Positions 30,336 through 41,231 of a DNA stretch of 64,000 nucleotides are shown here, in pieces. The notes under the pieces were generated by a model. It saw nothing but the letters and a program-made list of their open reading frames with translations, made no database searches and was not told where the DNA came from. Source of the DNA: an uncultured Chloroflexia bacterium (GTDB lineage Bacteria > Chloroflexota > Anaerolineae > CG2-30-64-16); assembly GCA_963810095.1 (NCBI GenBank), contig CAWEMM010000009.1, forward strand, positions 192,001 to 256,000, read 5' to 3'. The position numbers and the translations under genes were made by a program. The first letter of the stretch is position 1, and every line of letters begins with the position of its first letter.

Positions 30336-30456
30336 AACACGAAGGCTCGAAGGTTGAAGGAGAGCACGAAGCGGGAAGTGCGCGAAGCACGAAGCGGGAA
30401 GTGCGGGAAGCACGCATACCGATGCGGCAGCCTTCGTGCTTTGCGTCTTTGCCGCG
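30336..30456. repeat. Degenerate CACGAAG-periodic repeat containing a 23-nt tandem duplication
   Basis: AGCACGAAGCGGGAAGTGCGSGA twice, with a complementary CCTTCGTGCTTTGCGTCTTTG arm downstream. Confidence 0.6.
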
Positions 30457-30501
30457 TCTTATAGTCTAGACCTTCACCCCAGGCTGGTGGACAACGAGGG
30501 A

Positions 30502-30601
30502 TGAAATGGGACACTGATTGAACGGATTCGACTGATTATCACGGTTTCTGACCGAAGACAGTGCAGATCAGTTCAATCAGTTGCATCAGCGTCCTATTTC
30601 A
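30502..30601. repeat. Family A element, copy 2 (opposite orientation)
   Basis: TGAAATGGGACACTGATTGAACGGATTCGACTGATTATCACGG ... CAGATCAGTTCAATCAGTTGCATCAGCGTCCTATTTCA. Confidence 0.85.
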
Positions 30602-30659
30602 GATCGGTGTTCCAAACCACCAAAGGTCGCCCCAACAGACAGGGTCTTGCCGGCCGCTT

Positions 30660-32485
30660 TCAGCAGCTTGCGATCACTCGCCGGAAGAACTCCACGCAGC
30701 GCGGGCGCGTGGTGGTCAAACATAAAGAGCTCCCGCTGCCGCCAGGTGTTTTGCTGCACCTGCGCCAGCCGCGGACCGGTCGCGAATCTGCTCGCCCAGG
30801 TCGTGGATGTCTTTGAACAGGAACCCGGTTTCCAGGCGCCGGACGACGGTCTGGGTGGCGACGATGGACCCCGTGTTGTCACCCTGAAGCTGGGGCACGC
30901 CGCTGACCGCCAGCGTGGCCAACCGGGCCGGGATGTTCAGATCGTCCCAGTTCGAGCGGCGGATTTCGCCCTGATTCTCGCTCTTGAAGAAGTGCAGCCA
31001 GCCGGCGTCGTATTGGCTGAACTCGGCCAACCAGCGGTCCTGGCTGACGTTTGCGTGAAGGTGTAGGTGGCGCGGCGCCAGGCTCCCGGCCTTCTCGATC
31101 CACTGCTTCCATTGGCCCTGGGTGAAGTCGCCGTAGAAGTGCAGGTGGATGCCCTCGCGCGCCAGTTCCTCGACCGTGTGAGGGTGAAGGCCGATGGGCC
31201 GGCCCGGCACCACCGTGTGGATTTCGCCGTCTTGCTCCGACAGCCGCGGCGAACGCTCGCCGAGGAACCAGTCCTGTTTGGGCAGGTCGCCGTCCAGCAC
31301 CAGCACGGGCCGGCCGTCGTCCTTGATCCCAGGCAGCACGGTCTCCGTCCACTGCTGCATTTCGTCCGAGCAATAGATCAGGGCGTCCGCCCCCCGGTAC
31401 AGGTCGACCATCTGCTGCCAGTGGCCCTTTTCCAGGGAGATGAACGGCCCTTCCTTGTAATGCCAGACGAACGGAATGCCGGGGTTCGCTTTCAATACCT
31501 CGTGGCAGAACGGCACGGCCTGCCAGTTGAGCAGCGCGTAGATCACGTCAGGCTGCAACTCGCGCACGGCCTGCTGCCAGTTCTCGCGCGGCAGGTCCTT
31601 CACATGCCCGAAGGCCAGCGGACCGACCGCGTTATACCAGTACGGCTCGTCCATCCACAGGCCGTACAGCTCGTGCCCGAGCTCCTCCAGCGCCATCACC
31701 CGGTCCGCGTTATAGGCCAACTCGCCCACTAGCAGGATCCTGAGGCCGTCGGGTGCCCGCGGCGTGTCGGGCCGCGAGGTGTAGCGGGCGTACTGCTTCT
31801 CTTCGTCGATGAAGTTGCCGACCGTGGTATGGAAACGCAGCGGGCCCTTAACGTCGTAATACTGGCGGTAAGGCATGATGCCCCCCACCGGCTCGCGCAC
31901 GATCTTGTGTCGCTGACGGGGGTGGTCGACCCATTCGCAGGTTAGCTGGCCGGTGTTCACGAAGGCGCCGCGCGCCCGCAGGCGCGCCCACATCATGCGC
32001 TCCATGTCGTCCGTCACCAGCTCTTTGCGCTCGAGCCAGCGGTCCGCGGTCTTCCGGTGCATCACCTGGACCGGCTGCAGGGTGTAGTCTGGAATCTGGC
32101 CGGGCGCGGAGCGGTTGTAGTGGTGCCGGACGTGCGAGTAGGCGGCAACAGCATCGGGGTTCGCCTCCAGCGCGGCGGCGAGCGTCCGCAGGTGCGCAGC
32201 ATAGTAGACGTCGTCGGATGGCAGGTAAGCGATTAGCTCCCCCTGCGCCCGGTCCAGCCCCCGATTCAAAGCCGCTCCCAGCCCGATGTTCTCGGGCAAG
32301 CGCTCGTAGTGTATTCGGGCATCGGCCAGGAAGGGCTCCACCGCGGCCGCAGTCGCGTCGGGCGAGCCGTCGTCGACAATCAGCAATTCCCAGTCGCTCA
32401 GTTCCTGGGCCACCAGGCTTTCGATCGCCCGGGCGATGAACGCTTCCTGCTTGAACGTGGGCATTAGCACCGTGACGAGCGGCAT
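30660..32485 (-). CDS. Two-domain glycosyltransferase, GT2 N-terminus plus GT-B-like C-terminus (frameshifts near the 3' end)
   Basis: VTVLMPTF, IVDDGS, AYLPSDD; second domain LRILLVGEL..PDVIYALLN..SQYDAGWLH; rejoined end ..FDHHAPAL/VEFFRRVIASC*. Confidence 0.82.
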
Positions 32486-32517
32486 ATCGGCTCCTTCATT
32501 TGCGGTCAGTCTACGCC

Positions 32518-32552
32518 AGAGACGTCCGAGGTCTCCGAGACCCCGAAGGTCT
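32518..32552. repeat. Degenerate REP-like doublet (AGAC..CGAGGTCT type)
   Basis: AGACGTCCGAGGTCT-CCG-AGACCCCGAAGGTCT, same 15-3-15 layout as family B; single copy in the window. Confidence 0.5.
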
Positions 32553-32743
32553 GCACTACGACCGATTGTACAGTGAGGAACGAGTTGCGACTGTAAGAAA
32601 GCACATACAATGAGTATCAAACTTATGTCACACGAGCACACATTTCATTGCGCCTGTCCGCCGAACTGTGGCGGCAATTACCCTCCCGGCAGGCAAAAGG
32701 GAGCATAATCGTTGTTGGCGTACTAAACAGCAGGGGAAGCGTG

Positions 32744-34093
32744 ATGAGTGGAGTTAACGAGTTGAACAATCGTCAAGTAGGCATTGACCAAGTGGAATTT
32801 GTGGTCGGCCGCCAGCCGGTCACGATGGAATTTCTTACCGGTTTCGAAAGCACGTTCATGCCCGACCAGGATATGGACGTCCTGGAGACGACCCGGCATT
32901 TAGACCACTTCCACCACGATCTCGAACTGGTGGCCGCGGCCGGCATTCACACGCTGCGCTATCCCGTTCCCTGGCACCGCATCGAGCGCGAGGCCGGCAG
33001 CTACGACTGGTCATGGATGGACGCGGTGATGCGGTCGCTGGCAGACTTGGGGCTCGACCCGATCGTCGACCCCATTCACCATACCTCGTTCCCTGCCTGG
33101 CTGGATCAAGGATTCCTGGACGATCGGTTCGTCGAAGCGTACACCGGCTTTGTACAGGCGTTTGCCGATCGCTATCCGTGGGTGCGGCGCTACACGCCCT
33201 TCAACGAGCCTATGCCGACCACGCTTTTTTGCGCGGACCAGGGCATCTGGAAGCCGTATGCACGACACGAGCGCCACTGGCTGCGAATGGCACGCAATGT
33301 CGCGTTTGCCGTCGCGCGTGTCTCTCGGCTTCTTAAGCAGGGGAACCCGAACATCGAGATTGTCCACGTCGACACGTGCGAAGCGCACCATGCCATGGAC
33401 GCGAAATCGGAGCCCTGGGCGCGCTACCTGAACCAGCGCCGCTTCCTCCTGCACGATCTGATCCTCGGCCGCGTAAATCAGGAGCACCCCCTTCACTGGT
33501 TCGTGGAGGAGCACGGGCTGTCCGTCGAGGACGGCATTTCAGAAGCAGACCTGGATTGGTTGGCCGAGAACCCGGCGCGCATCGACGTGCTGGGCCTGGA
33601 CTATTATGCCCACGCCGAGCAGCAGTTTCACGAGAGCGGCTCCAACATCCCCAGCCTCGCGCCGTACGGGTTCGCGGAGGTGGCGCGGCAGTACATCGAG
33701 TACTTCAACCTGCCTATCATGCTGACGGAGACGAATATTCGCGGCTACGTGTCTGACCGGCTGAGCTGGCTGAAGTACATGGTCGAGCAGTCAGAGCTGC
33801 TCGTGGCACAGGGCGCCGATCTGCGCGGCTTCTGCTGGTTTCCGTTCATCGACAGCACCGACTGGGACTCGCTCCTCAGCTGTGCGTGCAATCACCTCGA
33901 TCCGGTTGGCGTCTACTGGCTGGACGAGGACCGCGACAGGCACGCCTCGGAGTTCTCGGACGTGTACGCCGCGCTGGCACGCGGGCAGATCACGTCGCGC
34001 GAGATACCGGCCTACGTGTTCCAGGAACCGGTCAGCACCGAATTGCAGGGGTTCATGCCGCAGATGCAGCACTGGGATTGGCAGCAGCCGTGA
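32744..34093 (+). CDS. Glycoside hydrolase family 1-like protein
   Basis: FLTGFEST, LRYPVPWHRIE, YDWSWMD, TPFNEP (acid/base), GLDYY and LTETN (nucleophile). Confidence 0.87.
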   Translation: MSGVNELNNRQVGIDQVEFVVGRQPVTMEFLTGFESTFMPDQDMDVLETTRHLDHFHHDLELVAAAGIHTLRYPVPWHRIEREAGSYDWSWMDAVMRSLADLGLDPIVDPIHHTSFPAWLDQGFLDDRFVEAYTGFVQAFADRYPWVRRYTPFNEPMPTTLFCADQGIWKPYARHERHWLRMARNVAFAVARVSRLLKQGNPNIEIVHVDTCEAHHAMDAKSEPWARYLNQRRFLLHDLILGRVNQEHPLHWFVEEHGLSVEDGISEADLDWLAENPARIDVLGLDYYAHAEQQFHESGSNIPSLAPYGFAEVARQYIEYFNLPIMLTETNIRGYVSDRLSWLKYMVEQSELLVAQGADLRGFCWFPFIDSTDWDSLLSCACNHLDPVGVYWLDEDRDRHASEFSDVYAALARGQITSREIPAYVFQEPVSTELQGFMPQMQHWDWQQP

Positions 34094-34968
34094 GCCCCTT
34101 CCATCTCCCACCCGGTGAGGGCCTGTTTAAGGAACTCCCCAACGGCTTTCGAATCCCGACGTACGGCCTGGGCACCTGGGGTGTTGGCGGGCGGCAACGG
34201 GCCGACGCATCGCGGGATCGTGAGGAGATCTCCGTCATCTCCGCAGCCATCGACCTGGGCGTGCGTCATATCGACACGGCCGAGCTCTACGGTGCGGGCC
34301 ACGCCGAGGAACTGGTCGGCGCGGCCATCAAGGGCCACCGGCGCTCGCAGCTCTTCCTCGCATCCAAGGCGCCGGCCCACCGGCTGACGCGCAGGGAAAT
34401 CGTGCTGGCCGCCGAGGAAAGCCTGCGCCGGCTGAACACCGAATACCTCGATCTGTACCTGGTCCATCACCCGAGCGACGAGGTCCCGGTTGGGGAAACG
34501 ATGGCAGGCATGGACGAACTGGTGCGGCGCGGCCTGGTACGCTACGTCGGGGTGAGCAACTTCAGCGCTGGCCGCCTCGCGGCGGCACAGGCCGTGTCGC
34601 CCCAGCCGATCGTGGCGAACCAGGTGCACTACAGCATTCGCGTCCGCCAAGCCGAGCGCAGCGGACTGCTCCGGTACTGCCAGGAGCACGATGTGATGCT
34701 GGTGGCATGGCAGCCCGTCGAGCAGGGGCTGTTCGGCGATTTGCTGCATGTGGTTGCGGCCAGTTACGACGCCACACCGGTCCAGGCCGCACTCAACTGG
34801 CTCATCTCGCAGCCCAACGTGGTCGCGATTGCCCGCACGAGCCGGATCGAGCATCTGCGGGAAAACCTGGCGGCGCTGGGGTGGAGGATGGAACCCCGGG
34901 ACATCGAGTTGCTGCGGGCCGAGTATCACGACCAGGTCGACGCCTCAGAAACCTACGCGCTGCGCTGA
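34090..34968 (+). CDS. Aldo/keto reductase
   Basis: GLGTWG, IDTAELYG, LASK, YLDLYLVH, GVSNF and NQVHYS; GTG start overlaps the GH1 stop. Confidence 0.92.
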   Translation: MSPFHLPPGEGLFKELPNGFRIPTYGLGTWGVGGRQRADASRDREEISVISAAIDLGVRHIDTAELYGAGHAEELVGAAIKGHRRSQLFLASKAPAHRLTRREIVLAAEESLRRLNTEYLDLYLVHHPSDEVPVGETMAGMDELVRRGLVRYVGVSNFSAGRLAAAQAVSPQPIVANQVHYSIRVRQAERSGLLRYCQEHDVMLVAWQPVEQGLFGDLLHVVAASYDATPVQAALNWLISQPNVVAIARTSRIEHLRENLAALGWRMEPRDIELLRAEYHDQVDASETYALR

Positions 34969-34983
34969 CCTGAAGCGCAAAAC

Positions 34984-35017
34984 AAAAAGCCAGGCTCCTG
35001 TCGGAAGCCTGGCTTTT
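34984..35017. terminator. Bidirectional intrinsic terminator
   Basis: AAAAAGCCAGGCT-loop-AGCCTGGCTTTT between convergent genes. Confidence 0.85.
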
Positions 35018-35057
35018 CGGGGTCCGGTCGCCAATCAGCGCCGTTCGCTGCCTGCTG

Positions 35058-36251
35058 TTACTTGCGACCCTGGACGCGCGGCTCGGGTGCGCGGACAACC
35101 GTGGCCGGAATAGTCGTCAGCAGGGTGGGCGTTGCACCCGCCTGTGCTGCCTCGGTGCGGCTCATGCCCTTCATGCGGGCGTACAGCGTCAGCGCCTGCG
35201 CGGTAACCTGGTCCATGTTGTAATAGCGATACGTGGCCAGCCTGCCGACGAAGTGGACGTTCGGCGTCGAATCCGCCAGTTCCTTGTACTGCTTGTACAG
35301 TTCCTGGTTCTCGGGCCTCGGCACCGGATAATACGGATCGCCCTCGGCGCGGGGGTGTTCGTAGACGATCGACGTCTTGGGATGGACCTGGCCCGTCAGG
35401 TACTTGAACTCGGTGACGCGCGTGTACGAGTGCTCGTTCGGATAGTTCACGACCGGCGCCGTCTGGAACGTTTCGACGTCGTGCGTTTCGTGCTTGAACT
35501 CGAGCGACCGGTATGGCAGCTTGCCATACACGTAATCAAAGAACTCGTCCACCGGCCCCGTGTAGATCATCTCGCGGAACGGGATCAGGCCGAGCACTTC
35601 GCGATAGTCCGTGTTGAGCATGATCTTGATATTGGGATGATCGAGCATGTTCTCGAACATGCGCGTGTACCCGTGGAGTGGCATGGCCTGGTAGGTGTCG
35701 GTGAAGTAGCGGTTGTCGCGGTTCGTCCGGATAGGCACCCGAGCAGTCACCGACGCGTCCAGTTCCGACGGGTCGAGGTCCCACTGCTTGCGGGTGTAGT
35801 TCCGGAAGAACTTCTCGTACAACTCACGGCCCACCTTGCTCACCACCACGTCCTCCGAGGTCCGCACGGGGTCGCGCGGTTCGGCGAGCGAGGCGATGAA
35901 TTCGCCCATCTCCTGCGAGTTCAAGTGCATGTTGTATAGCTGGTTGATGGTGTCAAGGTTGATCGGCATTGGCACCAGTTGGCCGTCGACGCTGGCCTGG
36001 ACGCGGTGTTCGTATGGCCGCCAGAGCGTGAAGCGCGACAGGAAGTCGAACACTTCTTTGCTGTTGGTATGGAAGATGTGCGGGCCATACCGGTGCACCA
36101 GGATGCCGGCCTCGTTATACTGGTCGTACGCGTTCCCCCCGACGTGCGGGCGCCGATCGACGAGCAGGACCCGCATATCCGAGCCTGCTGCCAACCGTTC
36201 TGCCAACACGCTTCCGGCGAACCCGGCGCCGACGATAAGGTAATCAAACAT
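35058..36251 (-). CDS. glf: UDP-galactopyranose mutase
   Basis: IVGAGFAG, GGNAYD, YGPHIFHT, YTRKQW, LPYRSL, PYYPVP and GRLATYRYYNMDQV. Confidence 0.96.
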   Translation of the reverse strand: MFDYLIVGAGFAGSVLAERLAAGSDMRVLLVDRRPHVGGNAYDQYNEAGILVHRYGPHIFHTNSKEVFDFLSRFTLWRPYEHRVQASVDGQLVPMPINLDTINQLYNMHLNSQEMGEFIASLAEPRDPVRTSEDVVVSKVGRELYEKFFRNYTRKQWDLDPSELDASVTARVPIRTNRDNRYFTDTYQAMPLHGYTRMFENMLDHPNIKIMLNTDYREVLGLIPFREMIYTGPVDEFFDYVYGKLPYRSLEFKHETHDVETFQTAPVVNYPNEHSYTRVTEFKYLTGQVHPKTSIVYEHPRAEGDPYYPVPRPENQELYKQYKELADSTPNVHFVGRLATYRYYNMDQVTAQALTLYARMKGMSRTEAAQAGATPTLLTTIPATVVRAPEPRVQGRK

Positions 36252-36302
36252 TTATCTACTCTCCACTCATTGACGCCGGCAAAGCCGGCCTTCTCAATAC
36301 AA

Positions 36303-37541
36303 CTACAGTCGTTCCACATCAACGCCCGCAGCCGCGGGAGACATCGCTGCCATTTCGTCGGCAACTGTCCTTGCGGCGCAGGCTTGAATCAATCCGTCCA
36401 TGTCAGACCAGGTGCGGTCCCATGAATTCTCTTTGAGGAACTCGTCTACCTTGGCCAACCACGCCGCACGTTCGTCTGGCGTGGCTGCAAGCGCGGCTTC
36501 CACGGCCGCCACCGTTTCTTCGGGCGAGTCTGCTATGCGCACGAGCCCGCTTTCCCCGTAGGGCCGGACGACGTCGCGAATGCTGGTCGACACAACCGGG
36601 CGGCCGCCCGCCAGGTACTCCGGCGTCTTGGTGGGCGAAATGAACCGCGTCGAGTCGTTGTGGGCGAATGGCATCAGTGCCACATCCCATCCCGCCAGGT
36701 ACTGGGGCAACACGTCGTACGGTTTCTGGCCGAGGTAATGAATGTTTGGCGCCTGGGGCGCACTCTTCGGATCGATCTTCACGATCGGCCCGATCAGCAC
36801 CAGGTGCCAATCTGGCCGCAAACGGGCGACCTGCTCGACAAGCTGCAGATCCATGCGCTCGTCGATCACGCCGAAAAAGCCGAGCCGCGGGTGGGGGATG
36901 CCGGCCTGGTCGGCGAGCAAAGGGTTCGCCGCCTCGTCTTGGGCCACGCGCGCCTGCCCGAAATGATGTGCGTCGATGCTGCTCGGGAAAAGATGGACGC
37001 GGGGGTGCTGCTTGCGCTTGGCCTCAAATAGGCTCGGCCCACCCGTGAAGACCACGTCGGCCCGATCGAAGAGCTCGAGTTCGAGCTCCCTAAGCTGTGG
37101 ATTGGCGCCCTTGAACATGGACAACTCGTCCATGCAGTCATACACGGTGGCTGCCGGCGCCAACTCACGGGTGAACCGGAGCGCCCACGGGGTGTAGTAC
37201 CAGACGACGTAACGGTCGACCCCTTGCTCGGCCAGGAACTGCCGCACGAGCCCGGCTTTATAGTCCTCGCGCGCCGCGCCGGCCAGTTCTTCCGGCAAAT
37301 AGGGCCGGACAACCCACAGCTGCGGCAGCTTCTGCATGACTTCCAACCGAGGCTCCCCGGGGGTGGGCAGCGCCTCCTCCCAAAAGAAGACACGCCGCGT
37401 GCGCGCCGCTCGGCTCAGCAGGTGCTGCGGTCGTTGGTATACAAAATCCCATCTCAAATGAGAAAGCACCAGTAGATCTGACGTCCCGAGGTCCGTGATT
37501 GTGCTCCCTGCCGCGCGAGTCAGCTGGCCATCTCGCATCAT
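36303..37541 (-). CDS. GT4-like glycosyltransferase of the glf-associated type (start uncertain, alternative 37574)
   Basis: SHLRWDFVYQRPQHL, YDCMDELS, GFFGVIDER, ISPTKTPEYLAGG and SWDRTW. Confidence 0.9.
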   Translation of the reverse strand: MMRDGQLTRAAGSTITDLGTSDLLVLSHLRWDFVYQRPQHLLSRAARTRRVFFWEEALPTPGEPRLEVMQKLPQLWVVRPYLPEELAGAAREDYKAGLVRQFLAEQGVDRYVVWYYTPWALRFTRELAPAATVYDCMDELSMFKGANPQLRELELELFDRADVVFTGGPSLFEAKRKQHPRVHLFPSSIDAHHFGQARVAQDEAANPLLADQAGIPHPRLGFFGVIDERMDLQLVEQVARLRPDWHLVLIGPIVKIDPKSAPQAPNIHYLGQKPYDVLPQYLAGWDVALMPFAHNDSTRFISPTKTPEYLAGGRPVVSTSIRDVVRPYGESGLVRIADSPEETVAAVEAALAATPDERAAWLAKVDEFLKENSWDRTWSDMDGLIQACAARTVADEMAAMSPAAAGVDVERL

Positions 37542-37763
37542 GCCTGTCCACCCTTCTATATCGATTCGCTCCAACTCAGCTCATGCCCGGTTCACCGGCA
37601 CGCCGCGCGACCGACTGGATCGCGCACGCGCCCATCAGTACAATTTTGTTGCAAAAAGTCACTTAACGGAAGGGCGGATTGCTGTATTTATGGCCGAAAT
37701 CTCGGGGAGCCCGCCCGCCCCGCAACAAGACATGATCCACTTCGGGGCTCGATTCAGCGTTCG

Positions 37764-37781
37764 TGTTATAATCCCTACATG
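37764..37781 (+). promoter_or_regulatory. Extended -10 promoter (TGtTATAAT) 6 nt before ATG, probably a leaderless transcript
   Basis: TGTTATAAT at 37764-37772, ATG at 37779, no SD. Confidence 0.65.
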
Positions 37782-39018
37782 ACGTTCGACCTTTCCCAAC
37801 TGCCTGAGCCCGGCAAGAAACGCCTGGCCGTGCGCCTGACGCCCGCCGCGCAGCGCGCCGTTCACCAGGGCCATCCCTGGGTTTTCGACCACGCGATCCG
37901 GTCGGTCAGCCCGCAAGGCCGGCCGGGCGATCTTGCGGTCATCTTTGACGATTACCGGCGTTTCCTCGCCGTTGGCCTGTACGATCCTGATTCGCCGATT
38001 CGCATTCGGCTGCTGCAGCAGGGAGCACCGGCGACCGTGGACGGCGCCTGGTTCAGCGGCAGGCTCAGGGCCGCGGCCGCGATACGCGAGCCCCTGGCCG
38101 CGACCGGGACTACCGGATACCGGCTCGTGCACGGCGAGAACGACGGATTGCCCGGCCTCGTCATCGACCGTTATGCCGGAACGCTCGTCGTCAAGCTTTA
38201 CACGCTGGCCTGGCTGCCCTGGCTCTCGACCCTGCTCGGGGTCATCGACGATGTCCAGCCGTCCGAAACGATTGTGCTCCGGCTGAGCCGCGACGCCGCA
38301 GCCAATCCGGGCCTCCCGCACGGCGTGCGCGATGGCACCGTGCTGCGCGGGCCCGCGCCCGCCGCGCCCGTCCAGTTCCACGAGAACGGCCTGCTCTTCG
38401 CTGCCGACGTGCTGAACGGTCAAAAGACCGGCTTCTTTCTGGATCAGCGCGACAACCGCGCGCGTTCGCCGGCTGGCCGCCCGCTGTCGCACCCTCAACG
38501 CGTTTGCCTACAGCGGCGGCTTCTCGGTCTACGCTGCCGCGGGGGGCGCGCCGTCGGTTGTCAGCCTCGACCTGAGTGCCGCAGCGCTGAAGGATGCCGA
38601 GCTCAATTTCCGGCTCAACCGGGAGATCCCAGCCGTGGCAGCTTCTCGCCACCAGACGATCGCGGGAGATGCCTTCGAAGAACTGGGCACACTCGCCCGT
38701 GGTGGCGCGAGGTTCGACCTGGTGATCGCAGATCCCCCCGCCTTTGCCAAGCGCGAGAGCGAAGCGGCCCGGGCGCTGCAGTCGTATGCCCGGCTGACGA
38801 AGCTGGTGCTGGGTGTGACCCGGCCCGGGGGGACGGTGGTCCTGGCCTCGTGCTCGAGCCGGGTCAGTGCGGCCGACTTCTTCGGCGCGGTGACCGGCGC
38901 GGCGCTTGAAGCAAAACGGCCGCTCCGCGAGATCGAGCGGACGGGCCACGCACTCGATCATCCGGTCGGCTTTCCCGAGGGCGCGTACTTGAAATGCCTT
39001 TTTGCGGTTGCCCCCTGA
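37779..39018 (+). CDS. RlmI-like class I SAM-dependent rRNA methyltransferase (frameshift near 38470)
   Basis: GHPWVF, YRLVHGENDGLPGLVIDRY, GQKTGFFLDQRDNR, LNAFAYSGGF, DPPAF, SCS and DHP..FPEGAYLK. Confidence 0.88.
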
Positions 39019-39108
39019 GCGCAGGGTGGGCGCGCGGCTGGCTGAGCCGCTCCGCCGACTCTGTTCGGCTGCGGGCGCCCCGCTGAGGAATGTTCCTGGA
39101 AACGATTG

Positions 39109-41121
39109 ATGGCTACCGATACTGATACTTTCTACGACGAACCGGAGCTCGAACAGCTTTCTCCCGAAGAAGAGGCGCTGGCGCAGCCGATTAAGTGTCC
39201 CGACATGGCCCCCCTCTTTGCGGCCGGCGGGCCGGTCCACCAGCTGCTCGGCGAGCGTTACCGCCCCAGGCCGGGGCAGGTTCACATGGCCGAGCAAATT
39301 GCCGGGCTGCTGCGCCAGCCGGGGCATGCGCTGATCGAGGCAGGAACGGGCATCGGCAAGTCCTTTGCTTACCTGATCCCGGCCATCTGGTCGGGCACGC
39401 CCGCGGTGGTCAGCACGTCGAACAAGGCTCTGATGGCCCAGTTGTGGCACAAGGACGTCCCTGCACTGCAGGCGATCGCCCCGCGGCCCATCAAGGCGGT
39501 GCTGCTTAAGGGCCGCTCGAACTACCTCTGCGCTCTGCGCATGCGCGATCTGACACCCCGCCAGCGCAAGCTGTCCGCCTTTGGGGGCGACCTGGAGCGT
39601 GTGCAGGAGGGCCTGGCCCGGGTGCCCACGGGCGACGTGGAGGAGATGGGCCTGCCGCCCGGCATGGCTGCGAACCTCACCGTCGATTTCCGCGGCTGCG
39701 AAGGTTTCAAGTGTCCCGAGTTCCGTTCCTGCTTCTTTGAGCGCGCTCGGGCCGCTGCCCAGCAAGCCGACCTGGTGATTACCAACCACGCGGTGCTCTG
39801 CTTCAACGTGCTGCAGCAGGCCAACTCTGCGCTGCCCGTGCGCCCGCTGCTCATCGTGGACGAGGCGCACGAGCTGCCGGGATATGCGGTCAACGCGCTG
39901 TCCGAATCGCTCGAGTACGAGACGCTGCCGAGCCTGGTGAACCACCCCATCGCAAAAGACGTGGCCGACAACGAGCTGCGGCGCCAGGCGGCCGAGTACA
40001 ACCAGGCCTTCTTTGCCGCGCTGAGCAGCCAGCGTCCCAGTCGTTTCGCCACCCGTTGGGCCCTGCAGGGCGAAATCCAGGAAGGGCTGCGACTGTTCGA
40101 CGTGCTCAGCACCATCGGCAAGAAGCTGAGCGGCTACCAGCCGGATAAGGACGCGGAGGGCCAATTCGAGGCGTTGCAGCGCCAGGCCGCCGAAGCCGTG
40201 TTTACGGTGCGGGCACTGTCGGTGCCTGAGTCCGAGTCCGCCATTCGAATATGTGAGTTGGCCGACGAACGGACCTCGGGCGAGATCGGCGGGCTGAAAA
40301 TCACCTACCGGCCGCTCGAAGTGCAGTCGCGCCTGCAGTCCGACCTCTTCGGGGAGTGGCCCCGGGTGGTCTGCACGAGTGCGACGCTCGCGCTGGGGAG
40401 CGACCTGGGCTGGTTTCAGCGCAGCGTGGGCGCGGTCAGCGAGAAGCGGCCCACCGCGCTGGTGCGCATTCCGAGTCCTTTCGACTTCAAGCGGAACGTC
40501 CTCATCTACACCCCGCCCGGCCTGGTCCCACTCTACGAAGGGGCGGCAGAGGAACGCTACCTGCAGAAGCTGGCCGCGGAGGTGCGGCGGCTGGTTCTCG
40601 CCAGTGGCGGGCGGGCGTTCGTGCTCTGCACGAGCAAGCGCCGGGCCGGACAGCTCTTTGAGATCGTCGCGCCCGGGCTGCCCTTCCTGTGCCTGAGCCA
40701 GGACGGCCGGACGTCGCGCCGCGACCTGCTCGAGCGGTTCCAGGCGGACGGACACGCCGTGCTCTTTGCCACGCGCAGCTTCTGGGAAGGGGTCGACGTC
40801 CCAGGTGAAGCCCTGTCGCTCGTGATCCTCGACAAGATCCCGTTCCTGCCCCAGGATGACCCGGTGTTAAAGCGGCAGGAGAAGCTGATTGCCGACCGGC
40901 AGGGCAACCCGTTCAACGAGCTCCAGCTGAGCCACGCGATCCTCACGCTGCGACAGGGCGCGGGCCGCCTGGTGCGCACGGAGGACGACCGGGGGGTCAT
41001 CGCCCTCCTCGACTCACGCATCCTCGAAAAGTCCTACGGCCAGAAGATTCTGGCCGCGCTGCCCGACGGCCGGCCGACGCGGAAGTTCGAGGATGTGGCG
41101 GCGTTCTTCGAGGCCAAGTGA
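39109..41121 (+). CDS. DinG/YoaA-family ATP-dependent DNA helicase with Fe-S cysteines
   Basis: RPGQ (Q motif), EAGTGIGKS, KGRSNYLC, C..C..C, DEAH, TSATL, FWEGVD and QGAGRLVR. Confidence 0.93.
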   Translation: MATDTDTFYDEPELEQLSPEEEALAQPIKCPDMAPLFAAGGPVHQLLGERYRPRPGQVHMAEQIAGLLRQPGHALIEAGTGIGKSFAYLIPAIWSGTPAVVSTSNKALMAQLWHKDVPALQAIAPRPIKAVLLKGRSNYLCALRMRDLTPRQRKLSAFGGDLERVQEGLARVPTGDVEEMGLPPGMAANLTVDFRGCEGFKCPEFRSCFFERARAAAQQADLVITNHAVLCFNVLQQANSALPVRPLLIVDEAHELPGYAVNALSESLEYETLPSLVNHPIAKDVADNELRRQAAEYNQAFFAALSSQRPSRFATRWALQGEIQEGLRLFDVLSTIGKKLSGYQPDKDAEGQFEALQRQAAEAVFTVRALSVPESESAIRICELADERTSGEIGGLKITYRPLEVQSRLQSDLFGEWPRVVCTSATLALGSDLGWFQRSVGAVSEKRPTALVRIPSPFDFKRNVLIYTPPGLVPLYEGAAEERYLQKLAAEVRRLVLASGGRAFVLCTSKRRAGQLFEIVAPGLPFLCLSQDGRTSRRDLLERFQADGHAVLFATRSFWEGVDVPGEALSLVILDKIPFLPQDDPVLKRQEKLIADRQGNPFNELQLSHAILTLRQGAGRLVRTEDDRGVIALLDSRILEKSYGQKILAALPDGRPTRKFEDVAAFFEAK

Positions 41122-41231
41122 GGACCGGCGGGCACCGGATCACAATGGTGCCTGGGGGCGTCTTTGTTTCCTGCGCTGGCGGCGACCTGCCTGGACTTGC
41201 TTTGATCGTAAGATCGGTGAAAGGATGACGG

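Noticed and set aside
39109-41121. DinG as type IV CRISPR CasDinG or a defence helicase
   Set aside because: Typical Fe-S YoaA/DinG in a housekeeping context; no csf genes or array.
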